The position numbers were made by a program, and so were the translations under genes. Source: Eledone cirrhosa (lineage: Eukaryota). Taken from it: a stretch of 64,000 nucleotides of DNA. Numbering within the stretch: the first letter of the stretch is position 1; each line of letters opens with the position of its first letter. Location: positions 29,884,001 to 29,948,000 of the forward strand of contig OZ024748.1 of NCBI GenBank assembly GCA_964016885.1, read 5' to 3'. Positions 1 to 11,309 of this stretch are shown here, one piece after another. The notes below the pieces were generated by a model. It made no database searches. It was given only the letters and a program-made list of their open reading frames with translations, and had not been told where the DNA came from.

Positions 1-444
1 CTTTTCGAAACCCATACAACGCCGGCACGTCATTGTTCCAGGCCTGGAAGTTGTTGGCAGTCCTTTTGTTGGGCTGCATTATATTCGTCCACATCACCAT
101 ATGGGCATTGAGGGCTTTTTCTCTATCCTCATGATCCTGTGGTGTTACCTCTCTTGTGTTAGTGATGTGGGGTTGCATTGCCTGGATGTAGTTTGGCAGG
201 CTGTCAACCGACATTCTTCCAGACTTGTCTGTTGGAAAGCATGCTATCTCTCCATTACGCGAGCGCTGCATGAGTTTACGCAAGCCATTTGCAGATTTTT
301 CTCCCAGTTGCTGGGCCTCCATTCTATTATGCTTCTTGCTATACTGTTCTATAATATTTCTAAGTTCGGATCTAGCTATACTAAATTGTGCTTCTGTTTG
401 TTCATCGACCTGCGACGGCAATTGCGTGCGTTTGTTAAATGGTA
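1..444 (-). mobile_element. Inverted 5' segment of PLE family A copy 1 (runs off the window start)
   Basis: Reverse complement of about 1507-1950; ORF 101..445 duplicates the C-terminal part of ORF 1506..1955 on the opposite strand. Inverted 5' segments are typical of PLE insertions. Confidence 0.9.
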
Positions 445-3400
445 GAGAATTAAGTCATCAAGAAAAACATAAGCGTAACCTAATACAAGAAATAACTAAG
501 ATCACCACACCAAGAGAAAAACTAGTATTTATAAGCCTTATACGTCCCGAAGAACAGTACATTGATCAAGAATGTGATAAGCACTTTAACAAGAAACTAA
601 AGTGGCTTGAGTAGATAAAACTAAATCAGGATACTGTAGAGAATACCAATAGATATCCCGACAAAATTGACGGTATAAATATGGCCGACACCTCATTAAC
701 AGATGAGTTCAACAACAACAACAACAACACAAATATACACGGCAACACGGCAATAGATCCTGATGAATTATCTGTATTACAACTTCCACCTAAGTATGCG
801 ACATTCAAGAAGGTAAATATGATTAGTTGTCTGTCAGAAATAGAAAAATCATTTACAAAATTACGTTGGCGCCTCAAAAACAAAAACAAAAGTAACAACA
901 TACGCACACACATATACAACACACATCCCAACAACAACAGACACACAGACACAAACAACAATAACAACAACACACACACCAACAATAATAACATACTCAG
1001 AAACAACAACAGACACGCAGACACAAACAACAATAACAACACACACAACAACAATAACACACACGGAGACAACAACAACAACACACATCAACAACAGCAC
1101 ACATCAACAACAACACACACACATTCAATGCCTCTCACCACCACCACAATCTTAACAAACACACAGACACAGAAAACAAGTAATGACAGTAGCACAGAAA
1201 TCACAGAAATAAGGGAAAGTAATAGGATTAAAAAGAGAAGGGAGACTATGGACAAAGAAAATAACCAAGACGAACACACAGACACACAAAATAGAGTAGA
1301 TAATAACAATGAGCCAGTGGAAAGAGACAGGAGTAATAATGAGAGACATAGAAACAACCATGAGGCTGTTGGTGGAAATAGAAATAGAAACAACACAACT
1401 AACAATAACAATAGCACTAGTACACATAAAGCAGCAGCCTGGAACTCTACTTTTTATAATCCCTCCGATAAGTCGTTCGACCTACGACGAGTCCACGCCA
1501 CGACTTTACCATTTAACAAACGCACGCAATTGCCGTCGCAGGTCGATGAACAAACAGAAGCACAATTTAGTATAGCTAGATCCGAACTTAGAAATATTAT
1601 AGAACAGTATAGCAAGAAGCATAATAGAATGGAGGCCCAGCAACTGGGAGAAAAATCTGCAAATGGCTTGCGTAAACTCATGCAGCGCTCGCGTAATGGA
1701 GAGATAGCATGCTTTCCAACAGACAAGTCTGGAAGAATGTCGGTTGACAGCCTGCCAAACTACATCCAGGCAATGCAACCCCACATCACTAACACAAGAG
1801 AGGTAACACCACAGGATCATGAGGATAGAGAAAAAGCCCTCAATGCCCATATGGTGATGTGGACGAATATAATGCAGCCCAACAAAAGGACTGCCAACAA
1901 CTTCCAGGCCTGGAACAATGACGTGCCGGCGTTGTATGGGCTTCGAAAAGACCATAAAACGGGCAGTGACCCTGTCACGGGACCACCAACACGGCCAGTC
2001 TGTGGAGCTAACATTGCTAGTAACTACATACGCCCCATCATTGAAATGTCCCCAGATGTATATGACAGCACGGAGGACCTCCTCAGCAGAATCGACGAGA
2101 GTAACCGATCTAGGGACCTAACAAACTGCATAATAGGTAGTATGGATGTTGTGTCCCTGTATCCATCTATTGAGGTGGATTTTGCTGTGGAGAAATGCGT
2201 AGAAATGATCAGTGAGAGCAATGTTGAGTTCCGTGGGATTGATACCAGTGAGCTGGGACTCCTACTTAATACCTATAGTAATAATTACCTAGACACATAT
2301 GACCTTAGCAACCTGTGACCTACAAGACCAGCAAGAGGCAGACCACCTACCATTACCTCAATGGCCAAGAAAACCCACACAGATAGATGGAACGGGTGGA
2401 CCAGAGCCATACGGACACCCGAAAACCACGATGAACTGAAGAAAATGATTGCACATGCGGTAGGGGCCAGCATAAAACTAACCCATAAGGAACATATGTT
2501 CAAATTTAATGGAAAAACATATGCCCAAGAGGAAGGAGCAGCCATTGGTGTTAGCATTGCAGGCGACATAGCTAACTTATTCATGGTATGGTGGGACAGT
2601 AGACTTAAACTTAAACTTAAAAAACAATTAGAAGACCCCTTAACCCTGATAATGTACTCCCGCTACGTTGATGATATAAACATCGTAGTTAAGACACCCC
2701 CACTAGAGAACAGTCAGGAGCTAGAGAAAAACACAATGGAAAGCATCCAGCAAATAGCTAACTCCATCCACCAGAGTATTAGAGTTACTATAGACTACCC
2801 AAGTAAACACCCCAACCATCGATTACCTGTACTAGACACAGAGCTCTGGTTAGATACCATTAATAACAAAAAACAAATCCTCCATTCCCATTATGCCAAA
2901 CCCATGACTTCCAAACATCTGATCCACCGAAACTCGGCCGTTTCGGACCATACCAAAATCAACATACTGATTGCGGATTTGGTACGGGTGATGAGAAACG
3001 TGTCCCGCATGTGCAACCCCGAAGAACTAGAGAGACACATACAACACTTCATTCACCGTATGCAGTTCTCTGGTTACAATCAGAGAGATAGAATCAGAGT
3101 GTATAGAGGAGCCAGAACCAAATGGGAAAAAATGGTAAATAATGACACAAATGGGACCTGCCCCTTGTATAGGAGTAAATTTTGGAATAGAATAGAAAGA
3201 ACTAGGAATAAGGCTAATAGAATAAACTCATGGTATGATAGCAATAAATACCAGATTGTAATGTTTATCGATACAACCCCTAGAGGTGAATTAGCTTACA
3301 GATTTAGAAGGGCCCTAGATAAACATAAACTCAATATTAAGATAGTAGAAAGGCCAGGTACCTCCGTAAAAACACTTATTAGCAAGACATACTCCTTTCA

Positions 3401-3801
3401 AAGACCCCCCCCCCCACCTGTATAGATAAGAAATGTATAACCTGTAAAATAAGCCCCCATATTAACTGTAAAACTAGAAATGTAGTATATAGCATAAGAT
3501 GTACTGAAGGACAATGTAGAGACAAAAATATAGTGTACATAGGTGAGACAGCTCGTAGTGTAGGGGAACGGATAAATGAACACTGGCGAGACCTTCAAGA
3601 TAGTAAAGAATCATCTGTACTCTACCAACATGCTAAAATAGAACATAGGGTAAATTAGAGAACATAGAAATGAAAATAGAATCTACACACAGAAAAGACG
3701 CAATGTTTAGAGAAATCACAGAGGCAATAAACATAAAAGAATTACAACCAAAATTAAATAGAAAATATGAGTGGAACAGCAACATCACAACTTACAATTA
3801 A
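445..3801 (+). pseudogene. Disrupted PLE RT/GIY-YIG polyprotein ORF (pieces 445-614, 681-2318, 2361-3425 and a frameshifted endonuclease to TAA 3799-3801)
   Basis: TAG at 612-614, in-frame deletion after NIASNY versus family B, TGA at 2316-2318 where copy 2 has TGC, poly-C expansion near 3405-3415 and a further frameshift near 3648. Confidence 0.88.
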
Positions 3802-4002
3802 GGACAAAATGAAAACACACACGCACATAGAACAAACAACCAACCGGTAACATGTAAATAAACAAATAAATAAACGAATATAAACTCACACAGACACCCG
3901 GATGTGGCGCATGCGCAGACTGAGCACACAACACACACACAGAAACAAAATGGTGTAGGACAGAACAAAGGAGAGGAACAAAAACAAAGAAAAGAATCCC
4001 CA

Positions 4003-4045
4003 GTCACTGAAGAGGTCACAGAATGTGTGACGAAAGAACTTTGAC
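4003..4045 (+). ncRNA. Minimal type I hammerhead ribozyme (PLE family A)
   Basis: GUCA-CUGAAGA-G-GUCACA(GAAUG)UGUGAC-GAAAG(AA)CUU-UGAC: stem I GUCA/UGAC, 6-bp stem II, 2-bp stem III. Confidence 0.78.
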
Positions 4046-4266
4046 AATATATAAACAACTATCTGGTTGTGGAACCAACCAACCAACCAACCAGAAATTT
4101 ATAAATTCCTAAATTTATAAATTTATTATAATGAATTGAAGTGAAAGCAACTGGTGCGTGTGTTTCTTATTGGCAACATGACCCTCCCAAAGTATAACAA
4201 TATATATATATATATATATATATCAAAATGAAAACCCGAAGGTAAGATAAAATTCCAATCATTTAA

Positions 4267-4340
4267 TCACGACACATGTTTCAATAAGAGATAGATCGAT
4301 TGTGAAGCCATGATCAATTATCACTGATCTCATCAGGTGA
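4267..4340 (-). ncRNA. Type I HHR-like motif (unrelated family, irregular stem II)
   Basis: Minus strand UCAC-CUGAUGA...GAAAC(AUGU)GUC-GUGA; stem I UCAC/GUGA; palindromic ACAUGU in helix III; base of stem II does not close cleanly. Confidence 0.55.
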
Positions 4341-5060
4341 AAATGAATTGTCTTCAAATTCTTGATATGAGGGAGAAAAAATAACGATGTTCTCTCACAT
4401 AATTCATTCCCTCATATGGAGACACACCACTCAGTCAGAGACATGGCGACTGCTATTAGCTTTAGTTGAGGTCATAAAAGTTTTCAGACTTCTATCGCTG
4501 CAAAAGACGCTGGACATCAAACAAAACCGTAGGGATACAGTCAGTCACAGTTAGAAGTGGGTGGGTACACACACACTCCACACCTGCATACATCGGCTCG
4601 AGGTCAAATAAAAATAAAAATAAAATACATATATATATACACATCAACACAGTATTAAACCCGTAGAATTAGCGTGGGTGGGTACACACACACTTTAACA
4701 CACACCGAAGCGATATCCGAGAAAAAGCACATATAAGAATGTACCAACAAAGCAAACACCGAAAAGTTAGTTCGCAAAGCAACAGAAGCTATGTCGGTCA
4801 AATCTCAATTTGACGATGTAAATTGGAAATATTGGGTTAACCAACACTACACACATACACATACACACATGCACGCGCGCGCAAGTAAGTTCAGTTCAAT
4901 GTTCTGCTATATGTGTATAGATCCAATTGTAACATCCATATCTTCAAGTGTGTGTTATGGTAAATGGTATATACACATCCGAATCGTCCAAAAAATGGGG
5001 GGGGGGTCCGGGTTTATACACATCCATGTGAAGAACCAATATTGCACCTTTCTATATAAC

Positions 5061-5161
<101 letters not shown>

Positions 5162-5197
5162 TATATATTATGTAATAAACAACACAATATAATTATT

Positions 5198-5264
5198 CTA
5201 TTACCCAAGGTTTTCCGATGTTAAACGATTCTAACAGAAACGTCTGATATCGCTCATCAGATAA
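5198..5264 (-). ncRNA. Type I HHR-like motif
   Basis: Minus strand UUAU-CUGAUGA-G-CGAUAUCAGACG...CGUUUAACAUCG-GAAAACC(UUG)GGUA-AUAG; long stem II with two mismatches and one extra A in the GAAA segment. Confidence 0.6.
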
Positions 5265-5377
5265 CATCTTTATTATGGGTATCTATATATATATCAACAG
5301 TATATATTGAGTTAAAAACTCATAATAGTCCCCTGTAATTAAAATAGCTCAAGGAAAAAAAATTTTCCGAGCCTTAT

Positions 5378-5809
5378 AATATAGTAAGGAGAGACGAACA
5401 CATATATATATAACTATATGTGTTCAAATCACAAATGACAGAAACAGCCAGGGTGAAGAAAATACTGACTAAAATGGTTCACAGAACCTAATCAAAAGGA
5501 TAAATTGAGATATACGAACCTACGGGTAGATCTGTTTCGCAAAATTCAGTGAAGAGAATTACTGGGGTGGTGCTTTTCAACGGGTATCCACGGCAATATT
5601 CACCTTACTACTATGTTTAATAGAAGACTAAATAACATATGGGTATATGATAGTTATCATGGTAGGTTCGTAATCTCAATTTATCCCTTTGATTAGGTTC
5701 TGTGAACTATACCATTTTATTCAGTATTTTCTTCACCCCGGCTGCTTCTGTTCTTTGTGATTTGAACACATATAGTTATATATCTGTGTTCGTCTCTCCT
5801 TGCTGTATT

Positions 5810-5815
<6 letters not shown>
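5378..5815. repeat. Diverged inverted repeat (arms about 5378-5523 and 5662-5815) next to (TA)n
   Basis: AAGGAGAGACGAACAC...GAACCTAC versus GTAGGTTCG...GTGTTCGTCTCTCCTT; the spacer holds a decayed HHR-like GCA...UGC-GAAACAGAUCU on the minus strand. Confidence 0.75.
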
Positions 5816-5896
<81 letters not shown>

Positions 5897-5899
<3 letters not shown>

Positions 5900-7041
5900 G
5901 AGTGATGAAGAATGTGTCCAGCATGTGCGACCCAACAGAAATGGAAAGACACATCCAACACTTCATCAACCGCATGCAGTTCTCTGGCTACAACCAAAGA
6001 GACAGAGTCAGAGTATACGAAGGAGCCATGGAAAAGTATAAGACCCTCATAGAACTGGACATGAAAGGAATTTGCCCATTATACAGGAGCAAATCATGGA
6101 ATAGCTTAGATAGGGCTAGACATAAGATAGGGAAGGCCACATCATGGTACGACAACCAGAGTGTCATGTTTGTGGACGCCTCCACTGGAGGGAAATTAGC
6201 TAACCAGTGTAGAAAGGCCCTGAGAAAGACCCACTTAAAAATAAAGGTGGTAGAAAAGCCAGGAACCACCATAAAATCCCTGATCAGCAAAACCTACCCT
6301 TTTAAGAAAACCCACTGTACCAATAGGAAATGTATCATATGTAAGGTGAACCCCCGGATAAACTGTAAAACTAGAAACGTAGTCTATAGCATAAGATGTA
6401 CAGAGGGTACTTGCAGAAACATGACAACAACATACATAGGTGAAACAGCTCGTAGCATAGGTGAAAGGATAGACCAACACTGGGGGGAACTAAAAGGACG
6501 AAAAAACGGGTCAGTACTATACGAACATGCTAGACAACAACATGACGGTAACATAGACAACATAGAAATTAGAATAATATCTAAACATAAGAATGACCCA
6601 GCAGATAGGCAAATCAGAGAGGCCAGTGAAATAGAAATTAGAAGACCAAAGCTAAACAGAAAGAATGAGTGGAACAACAACAACACCCAAACAAACAACA
6701 CTGACCTAAGAGAAGTATAAATAAATAAAATAAAATAAAATAAAATAAGATAAATAAATACATACACAAGCACAATAACAACAAGCACATAAACACACAC
6801 TAGTCACCCAGCAGACACAACACTATACACACTAGTCACACAGCACACATAACACTATACACACGCAAACGCATGCGCAAAGAAGACAAAATAAAATAAA
6901 CAAACAAGCAAATAAATAAATAAATATATAGACAGACTGAATAAAAAATGGCGTAGACATACAACACAACAGGAGGAAAAAATATAACACCACTGACGAT
7001 GTTGCAGATGTGCAACGAAAGATTTATGTAAATTATGTAAA
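5897..7041 (+). repeat. 5' pseudo-LTR of PLE family B (copy of 9771-10917)
   Basis: ORF 5800..6720 reproduces the C-terminus of ORF 8123..10594 with only two amino-acid differences (T/P, K/R). Confidence 0.95.
6991..7028 (+). ncRNA. Minimal type I HHR (PLE family B, 5' pseudo-LTR)
   Basis: CA-CUGACGA-U-GUUGCA(GAUG)UGCAAC-GAAAG(AU)UUA-UG; perfect 6-bp stem II, only 2-bp stem I. Confidence 0.62.
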
Positions 7042-7050
7042 TTATGTAAA

Positions 7051-8178
7051 ATTCATCGCCGCTATGGCATTAGCTTGTGCCAAGCTGAAAGGTTATTGAA
7101 AGACACTGTTTTCTGTTATATAAAAACTACAATAACAACAGAACAAATCCGCTTCTTAAAACACTGTGTTTCCTCCAAAACATACACAACAAACATATCA
7201 AAACAAGTAAATAATTTATTATTGAACAAAACACAAGCCGAACGGCTAAAACACACAATAACAGTTAATATGAAAAGAACAACATGCACAAAAGTTAACG
7301 CACTCTACAGACAGAAACGCATCAACGGTAAGGAAATCCGAAATCTCATCACAGCAAACGAGAGAGATGACTTCATGAGCGTCATCCGACGCGAAACGAA
7401 ATACGCTCGAAACGAATGCTATAGGCATTTCAAGAAGAAATTAGAATGGATGAATAAGAAAAAACTACAAGAAAGGAAAATCGAATATTCTCAAAAATAC
7501 CCAGATAACATCAACAATATCCGTATGACTGATGTAAAACTACCGGAAGAATTTACCAATGACCACACAGTAAATATCTATGGGAACACTTTAATCAGTG
7601 AACAAGAACAACAAATCCTACGGTTACCACCAAAATTTGCCATCTACAAAAAGATTAACCCTATGGAATGCAAAACGGAGCTGGAAAAGTGTTTCACAAA
7701 AATACGTTGGAATGCAAAGGTAAACAACAACAACAATAATAACGGTAGTAGTAATATAAACAATAACTCTGGGTATAGAAATAACAGCCATAACCATAAC
7801 AATGGCAGGAAAGTGAGAAATAGTGATAATGGCAATAATACTAGCGATAGACGGAACAACAACAACCACAATAATAATAATAATAGAAACGTTAACCACA
7901 GACACAGCAACAGTGACCACAGTAGTAATAACGGTAACAATACGAACAACAACAACAATAACCACAGTGGTAATAATGGAAATAGTACATGTAGCAACAT
8001 CAACAAAAACAAGAAACATAAGAGTAACAACCACAATGGTAGAAATAACAGTAACAACAACAACAATAACGGTGAAGTAAACAACAATACATCTAGCAAT
8101 CATAACAATAATAATAAGGCTAATGATAGAAACAACAACAACCACCCCGATAACAACAATAGCAACACACAACTATGA
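7051..8178 (+). CDS. PLE family B polyprotein, N-terminal part with long Asn-rich insert (start codon deleted in this copy)
   Basis: Aligns with family A (HFKKKLEW/HFNKKLKW, LPPKFA/LPPKYA, FTKIRW/FTKLRW); ends at TGA in +1 overlap with the RT ORF. Confidence 0.8.
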   Translation: MHRRYGISLCQAERLLKDTVFCYIKTTITTEQIRFLKHCVSSKTYTTNISKQVNNLLLNKTQAERLKHTITVNMKRTTCTKVNALYRQKRINGKEIRNLITANERDDFMSVIRRETKYARNECYRHFKKKLEWMNKKKLQERKIEYSQKYPDNINNIRMTDVKLPEEFTNDHTVNIYGNTLISEQEQQILRLPPKFAIYKKINPMECKTELEKCFTKIRWNAKVNNNNNNNGSSNINNNSGYRNNSHNHNNGRKVRNSDNGNNTSDRRNNNNHNNNNNRNVNHRHSNSDHSSNNGNNTNNNNNNHSGNNGNSTCSNINKNKKHKSNNHNGRNNSNNNNNNGEVNNNTSSNHNNNNKANDRNNNNHPDNNNSNTQL

Positions 8179-10594
8179 CGATAGATATAATGACAACCCC
8201 TTAGAGAAACTATTTTTCAACCCAGCTGACAAAACATATAAGATGGGTAATATCTATCCTACGAGGTTACCCTTTAATAAAAGAGTTTGCATACCACAGA
8301 AAATAGATGATGAGACGGAGGCACAGTTCACCATAGCTAGAAATAAGATTAGACAAGTAGTAGACAGGTATACTAAGAGACAGAGCAGACCAGAGGCCCA
8401 ACAACTTGGGGGGAAACCTGTAGAAGGCTTGGTTAGCCTCAAGCAGCGCACAAGGGATGGTGAGGTAGTGTGTCTACCCACAGATAAGTCTGGTAGGATG
8501 TCAATAGATAGCATGCCGAACTATATCGAGGCTATGCAACCCCACATCACCAACACGAGCGAAGTTGTACAACAAACACACGATGGGAGAGAAAAAATCC
8601 TCAACGCTCACATGATGATGTGGACTGACATCCTAAAGCCAAGCAGATGCACTGCCAACAACTTCCAGGCGTCTAACAATGGCATACCACCCTTGTATGG
8701 GCTCCGCAAAGACTACAAGACAGTCGACGACCCGACAACAGGACCACCAACAAGACCCGTATGCGGAGCTAATATAGCTAGCAACTACAGGATCTCCTAC
8801 TTCCTCTCAATGGTTATACGCCCCATAATCAAGATGTCCCCAGATGTATGTGAAAGTACAGAGGACCTCCTCAGCAGAATCAGTGAGTGCAACAAAAACA
8901 GGAGCCTATCCAACTGCATAATAGGCAGCATGGATGTGGTGTCACTGTACCCATCCATTAACATTGATTTTGCTGTGAAAAGATGTGTGGAGATGATCAT
9001 TGAGAGTGAGGTGGAGTTCTGCGACGTCGACACAGACGAACTGGGCCTCCTACTTAGACTTACCTACGACACTGACTACCTAGACAGCCATGACCTTAGA
9101 TGTTTCTGCCCTAGTAGACCTATAAGAGGTAGACCCCCCACCATAACCTCAATGGCAAAAAAGACTCCCATGGGAAGGTGGATTGGGTGGACCAAAGCTA
9201 TACGGACCCCCCAAAACACTGATCAGGTAAGAAAAATGGTCGCACATGCAATAGGGGCTAGTATCAAAACTACCCTAAAGGGCCACATATTTAAGTTCAA
9301 TGAGAAAATCTACACCCAAAATGAGGGAGCAGCCATCGGCGTCAGCATAGCTGGTGATGTTGCCAACCTTTTCATGGTATGGTGGGAAAGGAGACTTAAA
9401 GATCTCCTTAATGAAAGCTCCATAGACCTCATCATGTACTCTCGTTATGTAGACGATATCAATATAGTTATAAGAACACCCCCACTAGAGAGCACTAACA
9501 AGTTTGATTTAGAACGTAGCACGATGGAAAGCATCCAGCAGATAGCTAATTCCATACACCAGAGTATAACTGTAACTATCGACTTCCCTTCCAAACACCC
9601 TAACAATAGACTACCTGTATTAGACACAGAACTCTGGATTAACACTATAGACGAGAGAGCCCAAATTCTCCACTCACACTATGCTAAACCCATGGCCTCC
9701 AAATACCTGATACTCAAAAACTCAGCAATGTCCAGTAGTGCTAAGTTTAATATTCTGATCGCAGATTTGGTACGAGTGATGAAGAATGTGTCCAGCATGT
9801 GCGACCCAACAGAAATGGAAAGACACATCCAACACTTCATCAACCGCATGCAGTTCTCTGGCTACAACCAAAGAGACAGAGTCAGAGTATACGAAGGAGC
9901 CATGGAAAAGTATAAGACCCTCATAGAACTGGACATGAAAGGAATTTGCCCATTATACAGGAGCAAATCATGGAATAGCTTAGATAGGGCTAGACATAAG
10001 ATAGGGAAGGCCACATCATGGTACGACAACCAGAGTGTCATGTTTGTGGACGCCTCCCCTGGAGGGAAATTAGCTAACCAGTGTAGAAAGGCCCTGAGAA
10101 AGACCCACTTAAAAATAAAGGTGGTAGAAAAGCCAGGAACCACCATAAAATCCCTGATCAGCAAAACCTACCCTTTTAAGAAAACCCACTGTACCAATAG
10201 GAAATGTATCATATGTAAGGTGAACCCCCGGATAAACTGTAAAACTAGAAACGTAGTCTATAGCATAAGATGTACAGAGGGTACTTGCAGAAACATGACA
10301 ACAACATACATAGGTGAGACAGCTCGTAGCATAGGTGAAAGGATAGACCAACACTGGGGGGAACTAAAAGGACGAAAAAACGGGTCAGTACTATACGAAC
10401 ATGCTAGACAACAACATGACGGTAACATAGACAACATAGAAATTAGAATAATATCTAAACATAGGAATGACCCAGCAGATAGGCAAATCAGAGAGGCCAG
10501 TGAAATAGAAATTAGAAGACCAAAGCTAAACAGAAAGAATGAGTGGAACAACAACAACACCCAAACAAACAACACTGACCTAAGAGAAGTATAA
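8123..10594 (+). CDS. PLE reverse transcriptase plus GIY-YIG endonuclease (uninterrupted, 823 codons)
   Basis: PTDKSG, LYGLRKD, RPVCG, GSMDVVSLYPSI, GAAIG, YSRYVDD, LPVLD, CX4CX2C linker, VVY...YIGETARSIGER, C-terminal PKLN. Confidence 0.95.
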   Translation: MIETTTTTPITTIATHNYDDRYNDNPLEKLFFNPADKTYKMGNIYPTRLPFNKRVCIPQKIDDETEAQFTIARNKIRQVVDRYTKRQSRPEAQQLGGKPVEGLVSLKQRTRDGEVVCLPTDKSGRMSIDSMPNYIEAMQPHITNTSEVVQQTHDGREKILNAHMMMWTDILKPSRCTANNFQASNNGIPPLYGLRKDYKTVDDPTTGPPTRPVCGANIASNYRISYFLSMVIRPIIKMSPDVCESTEDLLSRISECNKNRSLSNCIIGSMDVVSLYPSINIDFAVKRCVEMIIESEVEFCDVDTDELGLLLRLTYDTDYLDSHDLRCFCPSRPIRGRPPTITSMAKKTPMGRWIGWTKAIRTPQNTDQVRKMVAHAIGASIKTTLKGHIFKFNEKIYTQNEGAAIGVSIAGDVANLFMVWWERRLKDLLNESSIDLIMYSRYVDDINIVIRTPPLESTNKFDLERSTMESIQQIANSIHQSITVTIDFPSKHPNNRLPVLDTELWINTIDERAQILHSHYAKPMASKYLILKNSAMSSSAKFNILIADLVRVMKNVSSMCDPTEMERHIQHFINRMQFSGYNQRDRVRVYEGAMEKYKTLIELDMKGICPLYRSKSWNSLDRARHKIGKATSWYDNQSVMFVDASPGGKLANQCRKALRKTHLKIKVVEKPGTTIKSLISKTYPFKKTHCTNRKCIICKVNPRINCKTRNVVYSIRCTEGTCRNMTTTYIGETARSIGERIDQHWGELKGRKNGSVLYEHARQQHDGNIDNIEIRIISKHRNDPADRQIREASEIEIRRPKLNRKNEWNNNNTQTNNTDLREV

Positions 10595-10866
10595 ATAAAT
10601 AAAATAAAATAAAATAAAATAAGATAAATAAATACATACACAAGCACAATAACAACAAGCACATAAACACACACTAGTCACCCAGCAGACACAACACTAT
10701 ACACACTAGTCACACAGCACACATAACACTATACACACACGCAAACGCATGCGCAAAGAAGACAAAATAAAATAAACAAACAAGCAAATAAATAAATAAA
10801 TATATAGACAGACTGAATAAAAAATGGCGTAGACATACAACACAACAGGAGGAAAAAATATAACAC

Positions 10867-10904
10867 CACTGACGATGTTGCAGATGTGCAACGAAAGATT
10901 TATG
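10867..10904 (+). ncRNA. Minimal type I HHR (PLE family B, 3' pseudo-LTR)
   Basis: Identical to 6991-7028. Confidence 0.62.
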
Positions 10905-11014
10905 TAAATTATGTAAACTATATATATGTGTTTGTGTCTATATTGTATCTGTATCATTTTTGACCGTCGGTCAGTCAATGGCAACATTGAGGACCGAGTA
11001 AGTTAGATCGCAGA

Positions 11015-11159
11015 TATAAAAGACAGCGAGAAGCGAAAACCAACCAAACAGTGAGTGTGTTCTGTTATTAATTCTGGCAATATTACGCAAATATGACCCT
11101 CCTCAAGTATAACAATATCTGTTTCGACACACGATTTCATATAAAAAACCTCGCTAAAC
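11015..11159 (+). promoter_or_regulatory. Putative PLE family B promoter and true ORF start carried in the 3' tail
   Basis: TATAAAAG at 11015, GTGAGT at 11051, ATG at 11093 reading MTLLKYNNICFDTRFHIKNLAK; the relic at 51306-51385 links this in frame to IHRRYGISLCQAER at 7051. Confidence 0.6.
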
Positions 11160-11309
11160 TATATATATATATATATGTGTGTTTTTGTGTGTGTGTGAGT
11201 TTGTTTATATGCATTTATACACACACACACATCAGAATGGAGGCGGTAAAAACCAGTTAGACTATTACTCCCCAGAGTACTCGATACCTGGCGTAGTAGA
11301 GTGGGTAAT

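Larger units (their letters stand above)
445..4203 (+). mobile_element. Penelope-like retroelement, family A copy 1 (Cys-linker, Neptune/Nematis-type architecture), defective
   Basis: RT motifs PTDKSG, GSMDVVSLYPSI, GAAIG, YSRYVDD; CIDKKCITC linker; GIY-YIG (VVY...YIGET); 3' UTR with HHR; ends in ATGACCCTCCCAAAGTATAACAA followed by (TA)n. Confidence 0.92.
5897..11159 (+). mobile_element. Penelope-like retroelement family B, near full length, partial-tandem (pseudo-LTR) structure
   Basis: 5897-7041 is a nearly identical direct repeat of 9771-10917; flanked by (TA)n on both sides; RT, CTNRKCIIC linker, GIY-YIG; an HHR in each repeat. Confidence 0.95.

Noticed and set aside
2316-2318. In-frame TGA at a Cys position suggesting selenocysteine (also 62729 and about 26888)
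   Set aside because: The paralogous copy has TGC, the elements carry other lesions, and no SECIS was identified; simple C-to-A nonsense changes suffice.
7720-8206. Asn-rich segment as a retained intron (AAG|GTAAAC donor)
   Set aside because: No polypyrimidine tract, the only frame-restoring acceptor seen is a weak GAG, and family A has no matching donor.
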